From assembly GCA_964475765.1 (NCBI GenBank), contig CAYYZH010000003.1:2945-66944 (forward strand): 64,000 nucleotides of DNA. Reading direction: 5' to 3'. Source of the DNA: an uncultured Limibaculum sp. (GTDB lineage Bacteria > Pseudomonadota > Alphaproteobacteria > Rhodobacterales > Rhodobacteraceae). Of this stretch, positions 1-8,613 are shown piece after piece (within the stretch, counting starts at the first letter, position 1; each line of letters opens with the position of its first letter). Both the position numbers and the translations under genes were made by a program. The notes beneath the pieces are model-generated. The model was not told the origin of the DNA and searched no databases. It saw only the letters and a program-made list of their open reading frames with translations.

Positions 1-37
1 TCCGAAAGACCAAGGCCAGAACGCACGGGGACCGCTG

Positions 38-1036
38 GTGCTCGAGATTGAGCAGACCACGCTGCCCGAAGCTCCCAGTCCCGCAGAAGCTCCCCCGCCG
101 ATTGATGAGCCTGAAGCGGAGGTCTCGAGCGCCGAGCGCGCAATCGTGCTGGCGGCGGCCAAGCCTCGATGGGGGCTTGGCAAGCTGTTGCTGGGCCTTG
201 CCGGCAGTCTGGTCGTTCTCTGGCTCGGGATCGCGGTCACCGACTTTATCACCGCGCTCTTTGTCCGGCATGAATGGCTAGGATGGATCGGCGGCGCATT
301 ACTGGCGGCGCTGGTTCTTGTTTTGATTATCCTCATCCTCAAGGAGTTGGCGGCGCTGGCACGCCTTGGCCGGGTGGAGATTGTCCGGACGCAGGCCGAA
401 GATGTGCATGAAACCGGCTCGCGTGACGCGCTAAAGCAGGCCATGGCAGGGATCGATCGGCTCTACCGCACACGGCCGGATCTGGAGTGGGCCCGCGAGC
501 GGGTCGAGACGGCGCTCGCTGACACACCGGACCCTGCCGGGCAAATCAGCATCGCCGAGCGGGAATACATGGGTGTTCTCGACGAACGTGCGGAGGCGGC
601 GGTCACGCGTGCGGCCCGTGATGTCGCAGCGGCCACCGCGCTGATCCCGCTCGCCTTCGCAGACATTCTCGCAGCTTTATACTGCAACCTGCGCATGGTC
701 CGCGAGATTGCCGAGATCTATGGCGGGCGGGCCGGCTGGATCGGGTCCTGGCGCCTCATGCGGGCAGTTGCCGCGCATCTGGTTGCGACCGGCGCTGTGG
801 CAGCGACGGACGACCTGCTTGGCCCACTGGTGGGCGGCGGTGTTCTGGGCAAGCTGTCACGGCGCTTTGGCGAAGGCGCAGTCAACGGTGCGCTGACGGC
901 CCGCGTCGGGGTGGCGGCTCTTGAAGTCTGCCGCCCCCTGCCCTTTGTGGCCCGGCCAAAGCCCAGCGCTTCGGGGCTCGTGCTCAAAGCGCTACGATCC
1001 TGGCGTCGTGAACCTGACGCGCCGGCGGCATCCTGA
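38..1036 (+). CDS. ycjF: YcjF family (TIGR01620/DUF697) inner-membrane protein
   Basis: Two N-terminal TM segments; motifs 'AAATALIPLAFAD', 'IAEIYGGR', 'SRRFGEGAVNGALTARVG' typical of YcjF. Start uncertain; partner ycjX would lie upstream of the window. Confidence 0.85.
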   Translation: MLEIEQTTLPEAPSPAEAPPPIDEPEAEVSSAERAIVLAAAKPRWGLGKLLLGLAGSLVVLWLGIAVTDFITALFVRHEWLGWIGGALLAALVLVLIILILKELAALARLGRVEIVRTQAEDVHETGSRDALKQAMAGIDRLYRTRPDLEWARERVETALADTPDPAGQISIAEREYMGVLDERAEAAVTRAARDVAAATALIPLAFADILAALYCNLRMVREIAEIYGGRAGWIGSWRLMRAVAAHLVATGAVAATDDLLGPLVGGGVLGKLSRRFGEGAVNGALTARVGVAALEVCRPLPFVARPKPSASGLVLKALRSWRREPDAPAAS

Positions 1037-1143
1037 CGGAAAATCATCTGTTTACGCGGGAAAAAGACTTTTCGCGCTGCCTCTTTCTGCGCAAAACTCT
1101 CCAGCAGGGTGGACGCAAGAACCACGAACGGGGAGAGAAATCC

Positions 1144-2949
1144 ATGAAACGCGCGCTGGCCCTGGCACTGACGGGCCTTCTGGGAACGACCTCGCTCGCT
1201 GCCGCCGATGGCGCAGCGCTAATCATCGGCAATGGCGACTATGATAACACCCACGACGCGGTGACCGCCGAACGTGATGCCGAAGCAGTTTCGGAAGCGT
1301 TCGAGGAGCTTGGCTGGGATGTCACCAAGGGCTTCGATCTCGACCGCGACGGCATGCGAACTGCCCTCTCCGAGTTCTCCGACGCGATCCTCGAAGCCGA
1401 CGAAATCGTCATCTACTATTCAGGCCATGCGATCCGGTCCGGCGGCATCACCTACCTCGCGCCAGTCGATGCCGAGGCCGAGACACTGATCGATGTCCTT
1501 TTCGACGGCGTGCCGTTCGATCATGTTTTGCAACTCGCTGCCGAGAAGGCCGGGCGCGCGGTCGTCTTCATTGATGGCGCCCAGCTCAGAGGTTTCACGC
1601 CAACAGACTTTGCGGAGCCCGGGCTGGACCAGCTTGAGGGCCCGGATGGGGTCCTCATCGTGTCAGCGGCAGAACCCGGCCACGCCATCCGCCGGTCACG
1701 CTGGCGCGACAGCCGATTTGCACGCCTGATCATCGATCAGTTTCTGCAGCCCGGCGCCAGTGTCATGCAGACCGCCGAAGAAGCCGAGGATCCGACCTTT
1801 GTCGCGGGATCGGTCGAAGGCGACTTCATGCTCGCGCCCGCTCCGGAGCCGGTCGCTCAAAGCGAAGGTCTCGAGGCACAGATCGAACTAGCCTATTGGC
1901 GAACGGCCGAGCGCTCCGGGGATGTGAAGGACTATCAGGCCTATCTTGAGCGCTATCCCAACGGGACATTCTCCAAGTTCGCGCGCCAACGGCTTGGCAT
2001 CAAGGATCCCGAAGCCGAGATGCCTAAGGAGCCGGAAATTGATCCCAATATCCTGGCAGAGCGGGAACTGAACCTCAGCCGTATCCGCAAACGCCAGATT
2101 CAGGAATGGCTATTGGTTTTGGGGTACAATCCGCGAGGGATCGACGGGCTGTTCGGACGCGGCTCGCGCAACGCGATCGCCGCCTGGCAGAAGGTAAACG
2201 GGTTCGAGCGCACCACATATCTGACCGCCGAACAAGTCGAACGTCTGTCGGTTGATGGCGAAGCAGCTCTGGCCGAGCAACGACGAATCGCCGAGGAGCA
2301 GCGCAAGATCCGCGATGCCGAAGACAATGCCTATTGGAGCCAGACCGGCGCGAAGTCGACGCCTGAAGGGTATCGCACCTATCTGGAGGAGTACCCCGAA
2401 GGCCTGCACTCACGACTCGCTCGCGCGGCCCTGGCCAAAATCGCCGAGGCACAAGCGGATGCGGCTGCGCGCCGGGAACACGGGGTCTTTAAACAGGCCA
2501 AGTCTGCGGACACGGCAAAGGCGTATCGCGACTATCTCGGCGTCTATCCCGAAGGCATATATCGAGATCAGGCATTGGCCCGTCTCGATGAGATCGAGGG
2601 AGAGGAGCGGCGCGCGGCCCAGATCAAGAAATTCCGAAAGATCGAAAGGGCCCTGGAACTGACGAAGCAGGACCGGGCCTCAATCGAACAGCGTCTTCGC
2701 TATCTCGGGTTCGAGACCGGAGAGATCGACGGCAACTTCGGAAAGAGCACCCGGTCGGCGATCAAAGGTTATCAGTCAAGCCGTGGGCTCACAGACACTG
2801 GTTTTCTCAACCAGGAAACCGTTGTGACACTCGTCCGCGAGACCAATCAACCGCAACCGCAACAGGGCCAAGTACGGATCGACGGTGCCGAAGTGATCAA
2901 AGGTCTCCTCGATGCTCTGGGTGCTGGCCAGAAGGGTACCGAGCAGTAA
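1144..2949 (+). CDS. Secreted caspase-like (peptidase C14 fold) protein with two peptidoglycan-binding domains; catalytic Cys absent
   Basis: SD GGAGAG; signal peptide; 'ALIIGNGDY', 'YYSGH', 'YLAPVDA' caspase motifs; 'IDGAQ' where LDACR is expected; two PG_binding_1-like segments ('LGYNPRGIDGLFGRGSRNAIAAWQ', 'LGFETGEIDGNFGKSTRSAIKGYQ'). Confidence 0.8.
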   Translation: MKRALALALTGLLGTTSLAAADGAALIIGNGDYDNTHDAVTAERDAEAVSEAFEELGWDVTKGFDLDRDGMRTALSEFSDAILEADEIVIYYSGHAIRSGGITYLAPVDAEAETLIDVLFDGVPFDHVLQLAAEKAGRAVVFIDGAQLRGFTPTDFAEPGLDQLEGPDGVLIVSAAEPGHAIRRSRWRDSRFARLIIDQFLQPGASVMQTAEEAEDPTFVAGSVEGDFMLAPAPEPVAQSEGLEAQIELAYWRTAERSGDVKDYQAYLERYPNGTFSKFARQRLGIKDPEAEMPKEPEIDPNILAERELNLSRIRKRQIQEWLLVLGYNPRGIDGLFGRGSRNAIAAWQKVNGFERTTYLTAEQVERLSVDGEAALAEQRRIAEEQRKIRDAEDNAYWSQTGAKSTPEGYRTYLEEYPEGLHSRLARAALAKIAEAQADAAARREHGVFKQAKSADTAKAYRDYLGVYPEGIYRDQALARLDEIEGEERRAAQIKKFRKIERALELTKQDRASIEQRLRYLGFETGEIDGNFGKSTRSAIKGYQSSRGLTDTGFLNQETVVTLVRETNQPQPQQGQVRIDGAEVIKGLLDALGAGQKGTEQ

Positions 2950-2968
2950 CCGAGCCGCGACGAGAAAT

Positions 2969-3901
2969 ATGCCAGAGATCCTTATCACAGAGTTTATGGA
3001 CCAGACGGCCGTGGATCGGATGTCGGCGGTCCATGATGTCGTCTACGATCCGGGTTTGGTCGATAAGCCGGAGCGATGTGTCGAGTTGATCGGCGCATGC
3101 CGCGCGATTGTTGTGCGTAACCGGACGCAAGTGCGGGGCGATCTACTGGACGCGGCACAGAAGCTCGAATGTGTTGGTCGTCTTGGCGTCGGTCTCGATA
3201 ACATCGATGGCCGGGCCTGTGAGCGGCGGAACATCACAGTCTATCCCGCGACCGGTGCCAATGATCAAAGCGTTGCCGAGTATGTGATCAGCATGGTGAT
3301 GGTCTTGCTGCGCGGAGCTTATCTCTCGACAGCGGACGTCGTGGACGGGAGTTGGCCGCGTGCGGCGCTGATTGGCCGAGAGGTGACAGGCAAGACCCTT
3401 GGCCTTGTCGGCTATGGCGCGATTGCCCGCGAAGTGGCCGCCCGCGCTAAGGCGCTGGGAATATCCGTCATCGCCACTGATCCGTTCGTACCACCGGACG
3501 ATCCGGCCTGGGGCATGGCAGAACAGACGAGTTTTGAGGCGCTACTAGCCCGGGCAGATGCCGTCAGCCTGCATACGCCTCTTACCGGTGAGACGCGCGA
3601 CATGATCGGTCATCTCGAGCTTGCAATGATGCGCAAGGGCTCCGTTCTGGTGAACGCAGCGCGCGGTGGGCTTGTTGATGAGATCGCGCTTTGCGATAGC
3701 TTGCGGGCCGAACATCTGGCGGGAGCGGCTCTCGACACATTCTCGCAGGAGCCACTGGGCGCCGACTCGGGTGAGATTTTCAAGGATCTGCCCAACCTTA
3801 TCTTGACCCCGCATATCGCGGGCGTCACCACCGAAGCCAATGTCCGAGTGAGCGCACTGACTGCAGATCAAGTGCTCGCACATCTTTCCGGGAAGTCATG
3901 A
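2969..3901 (+). CDS. slcC: D-isomer 2-hydroxyacid dehydrogenase, probable (S)-sulfolactate dehydrogenase
   Basis: Start refined to ATG 2969. 'VRNRTQV', 'GRLGVGLDNID', 'PATGAN', 'GLVGYGAIA', 'TPHIAGVT'. Resembles SlcC as recalled, and overlaps a ComC-like gene. Confidence 0.7.
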   Translation: MPEILITEFMDQTAVDRMSAVHDVVYDPGLVDKPERCVELIGACRAIVVRNRTQVRGDLLDAAQKLECVGRLGVGLDNIDGRACERRNITVYPATGANDQSVAEYVISMVMVLLRGAYLSTADVVDGSWPRAALIGREVTGKTLGLVGYGAIAREVAARAKALGISVIATDPFVPPDDPAWGMAEQTSFEALLARADAVSLHTPLTGETRDMIGHLELAMMRKGSVLVNAARGGLVDEIALCDSLRAEHLAGAALDTFSQEPLGADSGEIFKDLPNLILTPHIAGVTTEANVRVSALTADQVLAHLSGKS

Positions 3902-4899
3902 CCGATAACCTCAGTATCGACGCCGCCCACGCCCTTGTTCTTGAGACCCTTGGGCGGTGCCGAACATCCCCTTCGAATGCCGCCCATGTCGCCGATGCGC
4001 TGATGGCTGCCGAGTTGGCAGGACAGGTTGGGCATGGCCTGCGCCGAGTGCCATCCTATGCCGGTCAGGCACTAAGCGGAAAAGTCGACGGGAATGCGAC
4101 ACCGCGATCGGAAGAGACACGACCCGGCACGCTGATGGTCGATGCAGGCCACGGATTTGCCTATCCAGCGTTGGCTCTGGCGATGGAAGCCCTTCCGAAA
4201 ATGGCGCAGGCTCAGGGCATTGCCCTTGCCGGCATCCGCCGTTCGCACCATGCCGGGGTTGCTGGCTGGTTTGTAGAACGGCTGGCCAAGAGCGGTCTGG
4301 TGGCGATGATGTTCGCTAATACGCCAGCAGCGATTGCCCCCACGGGCGGTGCAAGGGCGTTGTTCGGAACCAATCCGATCGCCTTTGCAGCACCGGTGCG
4401 GAACGCCGCTCCAGTGGTGATCGATCTCTCGCTGTCGACCGTCGCGCGGGGCAAGATCATGGCCGCAGCCCAAAAGGGCGAAACCATTCCCGAAGACTGG
4501 GCCACAAATGCACAGGGTCAGCCAACAACCGATCCCGAGGCGGCGCTTGGCGGTATGATGCAGCCCATTGGAGGTGCCAAGGGTGCAGCTCTTGCGTTGA
4601 TGGTCGAAATTCTCGCCGCGGCGCTGACCGGAGCAACGCTCGCAGCCGACGCAAGCAGTTTCTTTGAAGCGGAGGGCCCAGCCCCGGGCACGGGCCAGTT
4701 GTTGATCGCCATAGATCCCGCTGCACTTGGCGGCGCCGAAACCACTGCACAGATCTCCGCACTTGCGGGCGCCTTCGAAGAAAACGGTACGGCACGGTTG
4801 CCCGGACAACGCCGTCGCGCGATTGCGGACAAAGTCCGGGCGGATGGCATTCCCGTCGACGCTGCGCTATTGGCCGAGATTGACAGACTTGGGCGGTAG
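3898..4899 (+). CDS. comC: Ldh_2 (malate/L-lactate dehydrogenase type 2) family; probable (2R)-3-sulfolactate dehydrogenase
   Basis: 'GHGLRRVPSY', 'SHHAG', 'FGTNPIAFAAP', 'GGAKGAALALMVEIL' are Ldh_2 motifs; ATGA overlap with the upstream dehydrogenase. Confidence 0.7.
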   Translation: MTDNLSIDAAHALVLETLGRCRTSPSNAAHVADALMAAELAGQVGHGLRRVPSYAGQALSGKVDGNATPRSEETRPGTLMVDAGHGFAYPALALAMEALPKMAQAQGIALAGIRRSHHAGVAGWFVERLAKSGLVAMMFANTPAAIAPTGGARALFGTNPIAFAAPVRNAAPVVIDLSLSTVARGKIMAAAQKGETIPEDWATNAQGQPTTDPEAALGGMMQPIGGAKGAALALMVEILAAALTGATLAADASSFFEAEGPAPGTGQLLIAIDPAALGGAETTAQISALAGAFEENGTARLPGQRRRAIADKVRADGIPVDAALLAEIDRLGR

Positions 4900-4922
4900 A
4901 ATTCTAAAATTCACTCAATATT

Positions 4923-4950
4923 TCAATATACTATTGACCTTTGTTAACAG
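4923..4950. promoter_or_regulatory. Putative operator: TCAATA-N3-TATTGA inverted repeat followed by TGTTAACA palindrome in an AT-rich intergenic stretch
   Basis: Perfect 6-bp IR at 4923-4937 and 8-bp palindrome at 4943-4950, about 105 nt upstream of the 5055 ORF. Confidence 0.35.
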
Positions 4951-5054
4951 AAGTTGCACCGCGTTTTGACACCCGCCTCACGGTTTAGTTAGCGATCTTT
5001 CAACGGAAGATCTGCACGCGTACGTTCCTCATGTACAGGCGGTGGAGAACGTAA

Positions 5055-5735
5055 ATGGCGAAATCGATAACCTTTCTGAGCGGGTTGATCCTTGCGGCTG
5101 GCTTGATGATGGCCGCTCCTTTGGCGGCGCATGCTGACCACCACAATAGCAGTGCGCGATCAGCCCAGTCAGCCGCGGTTGCGAAGCAGTTGAACAAAGT
5201 CGACAAACGCATCGATAACCTGTTGTCGATCCGCAGCCCAATCGAGCGCAAGAGGCAAATAGGGAAATTGCGCTCGTCGCTGTCGAAGCTGGAGAGAAAA
5301 TCCAGCGCACAGCGCGGACGCCGGGCTCGGGTCAATGACGAGCACATCGATTACCTTCAGGTGCGTCTTGCAGACATCAATCGCACGACGGAGCGCGAGT
5401 TCAGCCCAGCCAGGATCACAGACCGGCTGGAGCGCATCGAGGACCGCATCTATGACCTGAGAGACATTCGCGATCCAGTCAAAAAGCGCAAACGCATCGA
5501 CAGCCTGCGCGGGAGCCTCAGCCGCTGGAACAAGGTCTCGAAAGCCCAGAACGGGCGCACGGCACGCTATAACCGTACCTATATCGGCACACTGCGCGAT
5601 CGTCTAAAGCGGGCGGACCGGCGCAACGACAGGCGCCTGCAAGCGCTACGGGACGGGCAGTATATCGAAAGACGGAACCGAAACGCTGATGCCAACGGTA
5701 CCCGCCGCAATGGCTACCAAGGCAGCGAACGGTAG
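5055..5735 (+). CDS. Hypothetical secreted Arg/Lys-rich protein with two 71-aa tandem repeats
   Basis: SD GGAGAA; signal peptide ending AHA; ungapped internal repeat (27/71 identities) supports coding status; followed by a terminator-like hairpin. Confidence 0.8.
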   Translation: MAKSITFLSGLILAAGLMMAAPLAAHADHHNSSARSAQSAAVAKQLNKVDKRIDNLLSIRSPIERKRQIGKLRSSLSKLERKSSAQRGRRARVNDEHIDYLQVRLADINRTTEREFSPARITDRLERIEDRIYDLRDIRDPVKKRKRIDSLRGSLSRWNKVSKAQNGRTARYNRTYIGTLRDRLKRADRRNDRRLQALRDGQYIERRNRNADANGTRRNGYQGSER

Positions 5736-5787
5736 TCCCGGTTCCCAATGGAAAAGGAGAACCGGTACCCCCCTCCCGGTAATCCTA

Positions 5788-5819
5788 GAGACCCTCTTCG
5801 CGCCAGCGAAGGGGGTCTC
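5788..5819. terminator. Bidirectional intrinsic-terminator-like hairpin between convergent genes
   Basis: gagaccctcttcgc-GCCA-gcgaagggggtctc: 14-bp stem with one G-U pair. Confidence 0.65.
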
Positions 5820-5842
5820 GCCGTTTTCGATGAGCACCCTAC

Positions 5843-7333
5843 TTAGAGGTCGTAAAGCTCGGAAAACTTGGTGTTGAGATAAGCCAACAATGGAGCTTCG
5901 GTCGGCACATGCCCGCATACGCCTTCAATGAGCGACACCGGCATGAGGATCGAACCTTTCCTGTGAACTTTCTCACGAAGCCATCTGTTGACGCCTCCAA
6001 GCTCCCCCTGCCGGATTTGTGCATCTAGATCGACGAGATCGCGGCGCATCGCTGCCATCAACTCGCCCGCATAAACATTGCCCAGCGCATAGGTTGGGAA
6101 ATAGCCAAAGAGTCCCGCCGACCAGTGCACATCCTGCAGCACGCCCAGCCCCGCATGTGGCACCGACTGCCCGAAATCTGCAAGGAACCGGGTGTTCCAG
6201 GCTTCCTCAAGATCTTCCACCGGCAGATCGTCCGAGATCAATGCACGCTCCAACTCAAAACGCAGCATGATGTGCAGGTTATAGTGGAGCTCATCGGCTT
6301 CTGTGCGAATGAATCCAGGCTCGACCCGGTTCACGGACTGATAAAATCCGCGCGCAGAATCAACGCCGAAATCTCCGAAGGCCTGCCTCATCCGCGGATA
6401 AAGCCAGGAAGTGTAGGCTTCAGACCGGCCGATCTGGTTCTCACAGAGCCGCGACTGGCTTTCGTGCACCCCCATTGAGACATGCCCACCGGCGGGCTGC
6501 CATTCGGTAGCCGGATCGAGACCCTGCTCGTAAAGCGCGTGGCCAGCTTCGTGAATGGTCGAATAGACACAGTTGAACGGGTCCGCCTCGTCAACGCGCG
6601 TGGTGATGCGGACATCTCCGCGTGTGCCAGAGCAGAAAGGGTGGAGCACGGTGTCGATACGCCCGGCAGCATGGTCATACCCGAATCCCTCGGCCAACTC
6701 ATGCACAAGAGAAAGCTGCGCCGCCGCCGGAAACGTACCCGACACCGCAGGCGGAGTATGCGCCCCACCTACGATCTTCTCCCGCAAATCAGTCAGCCCT
6801 TCCCGGAGATGTCCGAACATCGCTGCAAGATCGACCTCGGTTGCGCCAGGTTCGAAATCGTCGAGCAGTGCGTCGTAGAGCGCTCCATCCGGAGCAGCCT
6901 GGCACCGAGCATACTCTCGGGTCAGTCGCAGGATGTTCTCAAGCGTCGGAGCAAAGGCCGGGAAGTCACGTGCCTTGCGCGCGTCTGCCCATGCGCCATG
7001 ACCTTCTGACGTCGTGCGGGCCAGTTCCTCGGCGAGGGTCTTTGGCACGCGGCTGATCTTCTCATGGGAGCGCCGGGCCTCTCGGACATTGGCGCGCCCC
7101 ACTGGGTCGAGCGTGTCTACCTCGATCTCGCTCAGCCACTCCGGGATGCGAGGATCGCTCCAGCGTTCGTGAAGCACAGCCTCGAGCGCACCGGCCTGTT
7201 CCGCCCGCGCCTGCGCTCCTCGCGCCGGCATCATTGCTTCCTGATCCCAGGAGAGGAGGTTCGCCGTCAGCTTGAGCGCGGCGATGCTCTTCAGATGCGA
7301 GAGCAGCGCGTCATAGGCGTCTTTCGAGGTCAT
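5843..7333 (-). CDS. Carboxypeptidase M32 (Taq-type metallocarboxypeptidase)
   Basis: HEXXH 'HEAGH', 'HPFC', 'HESQS', 'IRTEADE', 'QDVHWS', 'YFPTYALGN'. Confidence 0.93.
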   Translation of the reverse strand: MTSKDAYDALLSHLKSIAALKLTANLLSWDQEAMMPARGAQARAEQAGALEAVLHERWSDPRIPEWLSEIEVDTLDPVGRANVREARRSHEKISRVPKTLAEELARTTSEGHGAWADARKARDFPAFAPTLENILRLTREYARCQAAPDGALYDALLDDFEPGATEVDLAAMFGHLREGLTDLREKIVGGAHTPPAVSGTFPAAAQLSLVHELAEGFGYDHAAGRIDTVLHPFCSGTRGDVRITTRVDEADPFNCVYSTIHEAGHALYEQGLDPATEWQPAGGHVSMGVHESQSRLCENQIGRSEAYTSWLYPRMRQAFGDFGVDSARGFYQSVNRVEPGFIRTEADELHYNLHIMLRFELERALISDDLPVEDLEEAWNTRFLADFGQSVPHAGLGVLQDVHWSAGLFGYFPTYALGNVYAGELMAAMRRDLVDLDAQIRQGELGGVNRWLREKVHRKGSILMPVSLIEGVCGHVPTEAPLLAYLNTKFSELYDL

Positions 7334-7354
7334 GGGCAGCCTCCCCAGACATGC

Positions 7355-8167
7355 TCAGCGGTCACGGAAAGCCACTCCGCCGATCCCGTCTCCGCGCTTG
7401 TCGCCGGGTGGCGCCCAAGTCTCGGGGTCAGTGATGAGAGCCGCAAGCGCCTCAGCAGCAGCCTCGGTGATCTTTTCGCCCTTGTCGGCATTTGCATTGG
7501 TTGGAATGCCAGAGACCCCGTTCCCGGTAAGGTGTGTGAAGGGCCGCCAGCGATAGGATGCACGGCCTGCCTTCAGGAAGCCAACTCCCCTGTCTGTCGC
7601 AAGCGCGCCGAGATCAGTATCATCAACGAGGTCCGGCTCCAGCGCCATCATCATCGAGGTCTCCGCCTCGCACGCATGTTGCATCCCGTCCTGATCGTCC
7701 AGCAATGCGCCGAGACTGTCACCCATCTCCATGGGATAGGTCGTCGCCACCAGATTGACCGGCATCTCGGGGGCCAGCTCGTCGCAGATCTGGTTCATCG
7801 CGACGATGTTTCCGCCATGGGAGTTCGAAATCAGGATGTCACGAAACCCGTGCCGTGTGATTGCGGTGATCAGATCGCGGATCACCGCGCGGAACGTCGC
7901 ATGACTGAGAATCAGTGTTCCCCCGAACGGCATGTGATGCTCGGAGAGGCCGGACCAGACCACCGGTGTGACCACGGTCGGGCGGGACGTAAAAGCCTTG
8001 CGGGCGGCGCGGATCGCGACCTCGTGGCCTAGCCGGGTGTCGGTCATGACCGGCAGGTGCGGGCCGTGCTGCTCGATAGAGGCGATGGGCAGGATGACCA
8101 CGGCGTTCTGTGCGGCGAGCGCACGTAAATCCTGTGCCTTGAGCCGGGCCCATTCGACTTCGCTCAT
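7355..8167 (-). CDS. Creatininase family amidohydrolase
   Basis: Start refined to ATG 8167 (SD AAGGAG). 'SIEQHGPHLPVMTD', 'SEHH', 'NSHGGN', 'HACEAET'. Confidence 0.9.
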   Translation of the reverse strand: MSEVEWARLKAQDLRALAAQNAVVILPIASIEQHGPHLPVMTDTRLGHEVAIRAARKAFTSRPTVVTPVVWSGLSEHHMPFGGTLILSHATFRAVIRDLITAITRHGFRDILISNSHGGNIVAMNQICDELAPEMPVNLVATTYPMEMGDSLGALLDDQDGMQHACEAETSMMMALEPDLVDDTDLGALATDRGVGFLKAGRASYRWRPFTHLTGNGVSGIPTNANADKGEKITEAAAEALAALITDPETWAPPGDKRGDGIGGVAFRDR

Positions 8168-8270
8168 CTGATGCTCCTTCGGGGGTGAGACGGAGACCAC
8201 AGGGTGTCACCGTCCACCTCTCCGATGCAAGGGGCAAACCCGCTTGGAGCCGGACCGGCTTGCGTGAGGC

Positions 8271-8492
8271 TCAGAACATGTTGAAGGGGCGGTGCGCCAG
8301 GCGCGACAGGCGAAACGCTTCTTCCCGCGGGTTGGCGAGATCGGTCTTTGACAGCACGGAATGAACGTCTGCGCGGCTGAGTCCGATGTCCGCGAGGGTG
8401 CGGTCGTCCTTGTCGAGGATCCTGCGCAGCGCGCGACGCTCCTGCCAGTGAGCAAACCGGGCCTGAAGGGCGGCGATCAGAAGGGTCAGCAT
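8271..8492 (-). CDS. DUF1127 (YjiS-like) small Arg-rich protein
   Basis: Start refined to ATG 8492 (SD AGGAGAAGAG). 'W.ERRALRRIL..DDRTLADIGLSRAD' DUF1127 signature; divergent from a LysR gene. Confidence 0.85.
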   Translation of the reverse strand: MLTLLIAALQARFAHWQERRALRRILDKDDRTLADIGLSRADVHSVLSKTDLANPREEAFRLSRLAHRPFNMF

Positions 8493-8559
8493 GGTCTCTT
8501 CTCCTTTTGAACTCGGCATCATTGCCGTCTCTGGCGAGCAATATGGGCAGCACCCATGA

Positions 8560-8605
8560 TTCAGTAAAACTAAAAGAATTGACATGATCTTTCAGTTTTG
8601 CTGAA
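8560..8605. promoter_or_regulatory. Two LysR-type boxes (TTCAG-N5-CTGAA and imperfect TTCAG-N5-CTAAA)
   Basis: 8591-8605 is a perfect IR with T-N11-A; 8560-8574 is a degenerate copy; both lie in the divergent DUF1127/LysR promoter. Confidence 0.65.
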
Positions 8606-8613
8606 ATTATAAC

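Noticed and set aside
7064-8032. 322-aa + strand ORF
   Set aside because: Antisense to the creatininase and M32 genes; no recognisable domain.
8200-8270. CcsR/cuckoo sRNA repeats downstream of the DUF1127 gene
   Set aside because: Hairpins are present, but there is no CCUCCUCCC loop motif on the coding strand.
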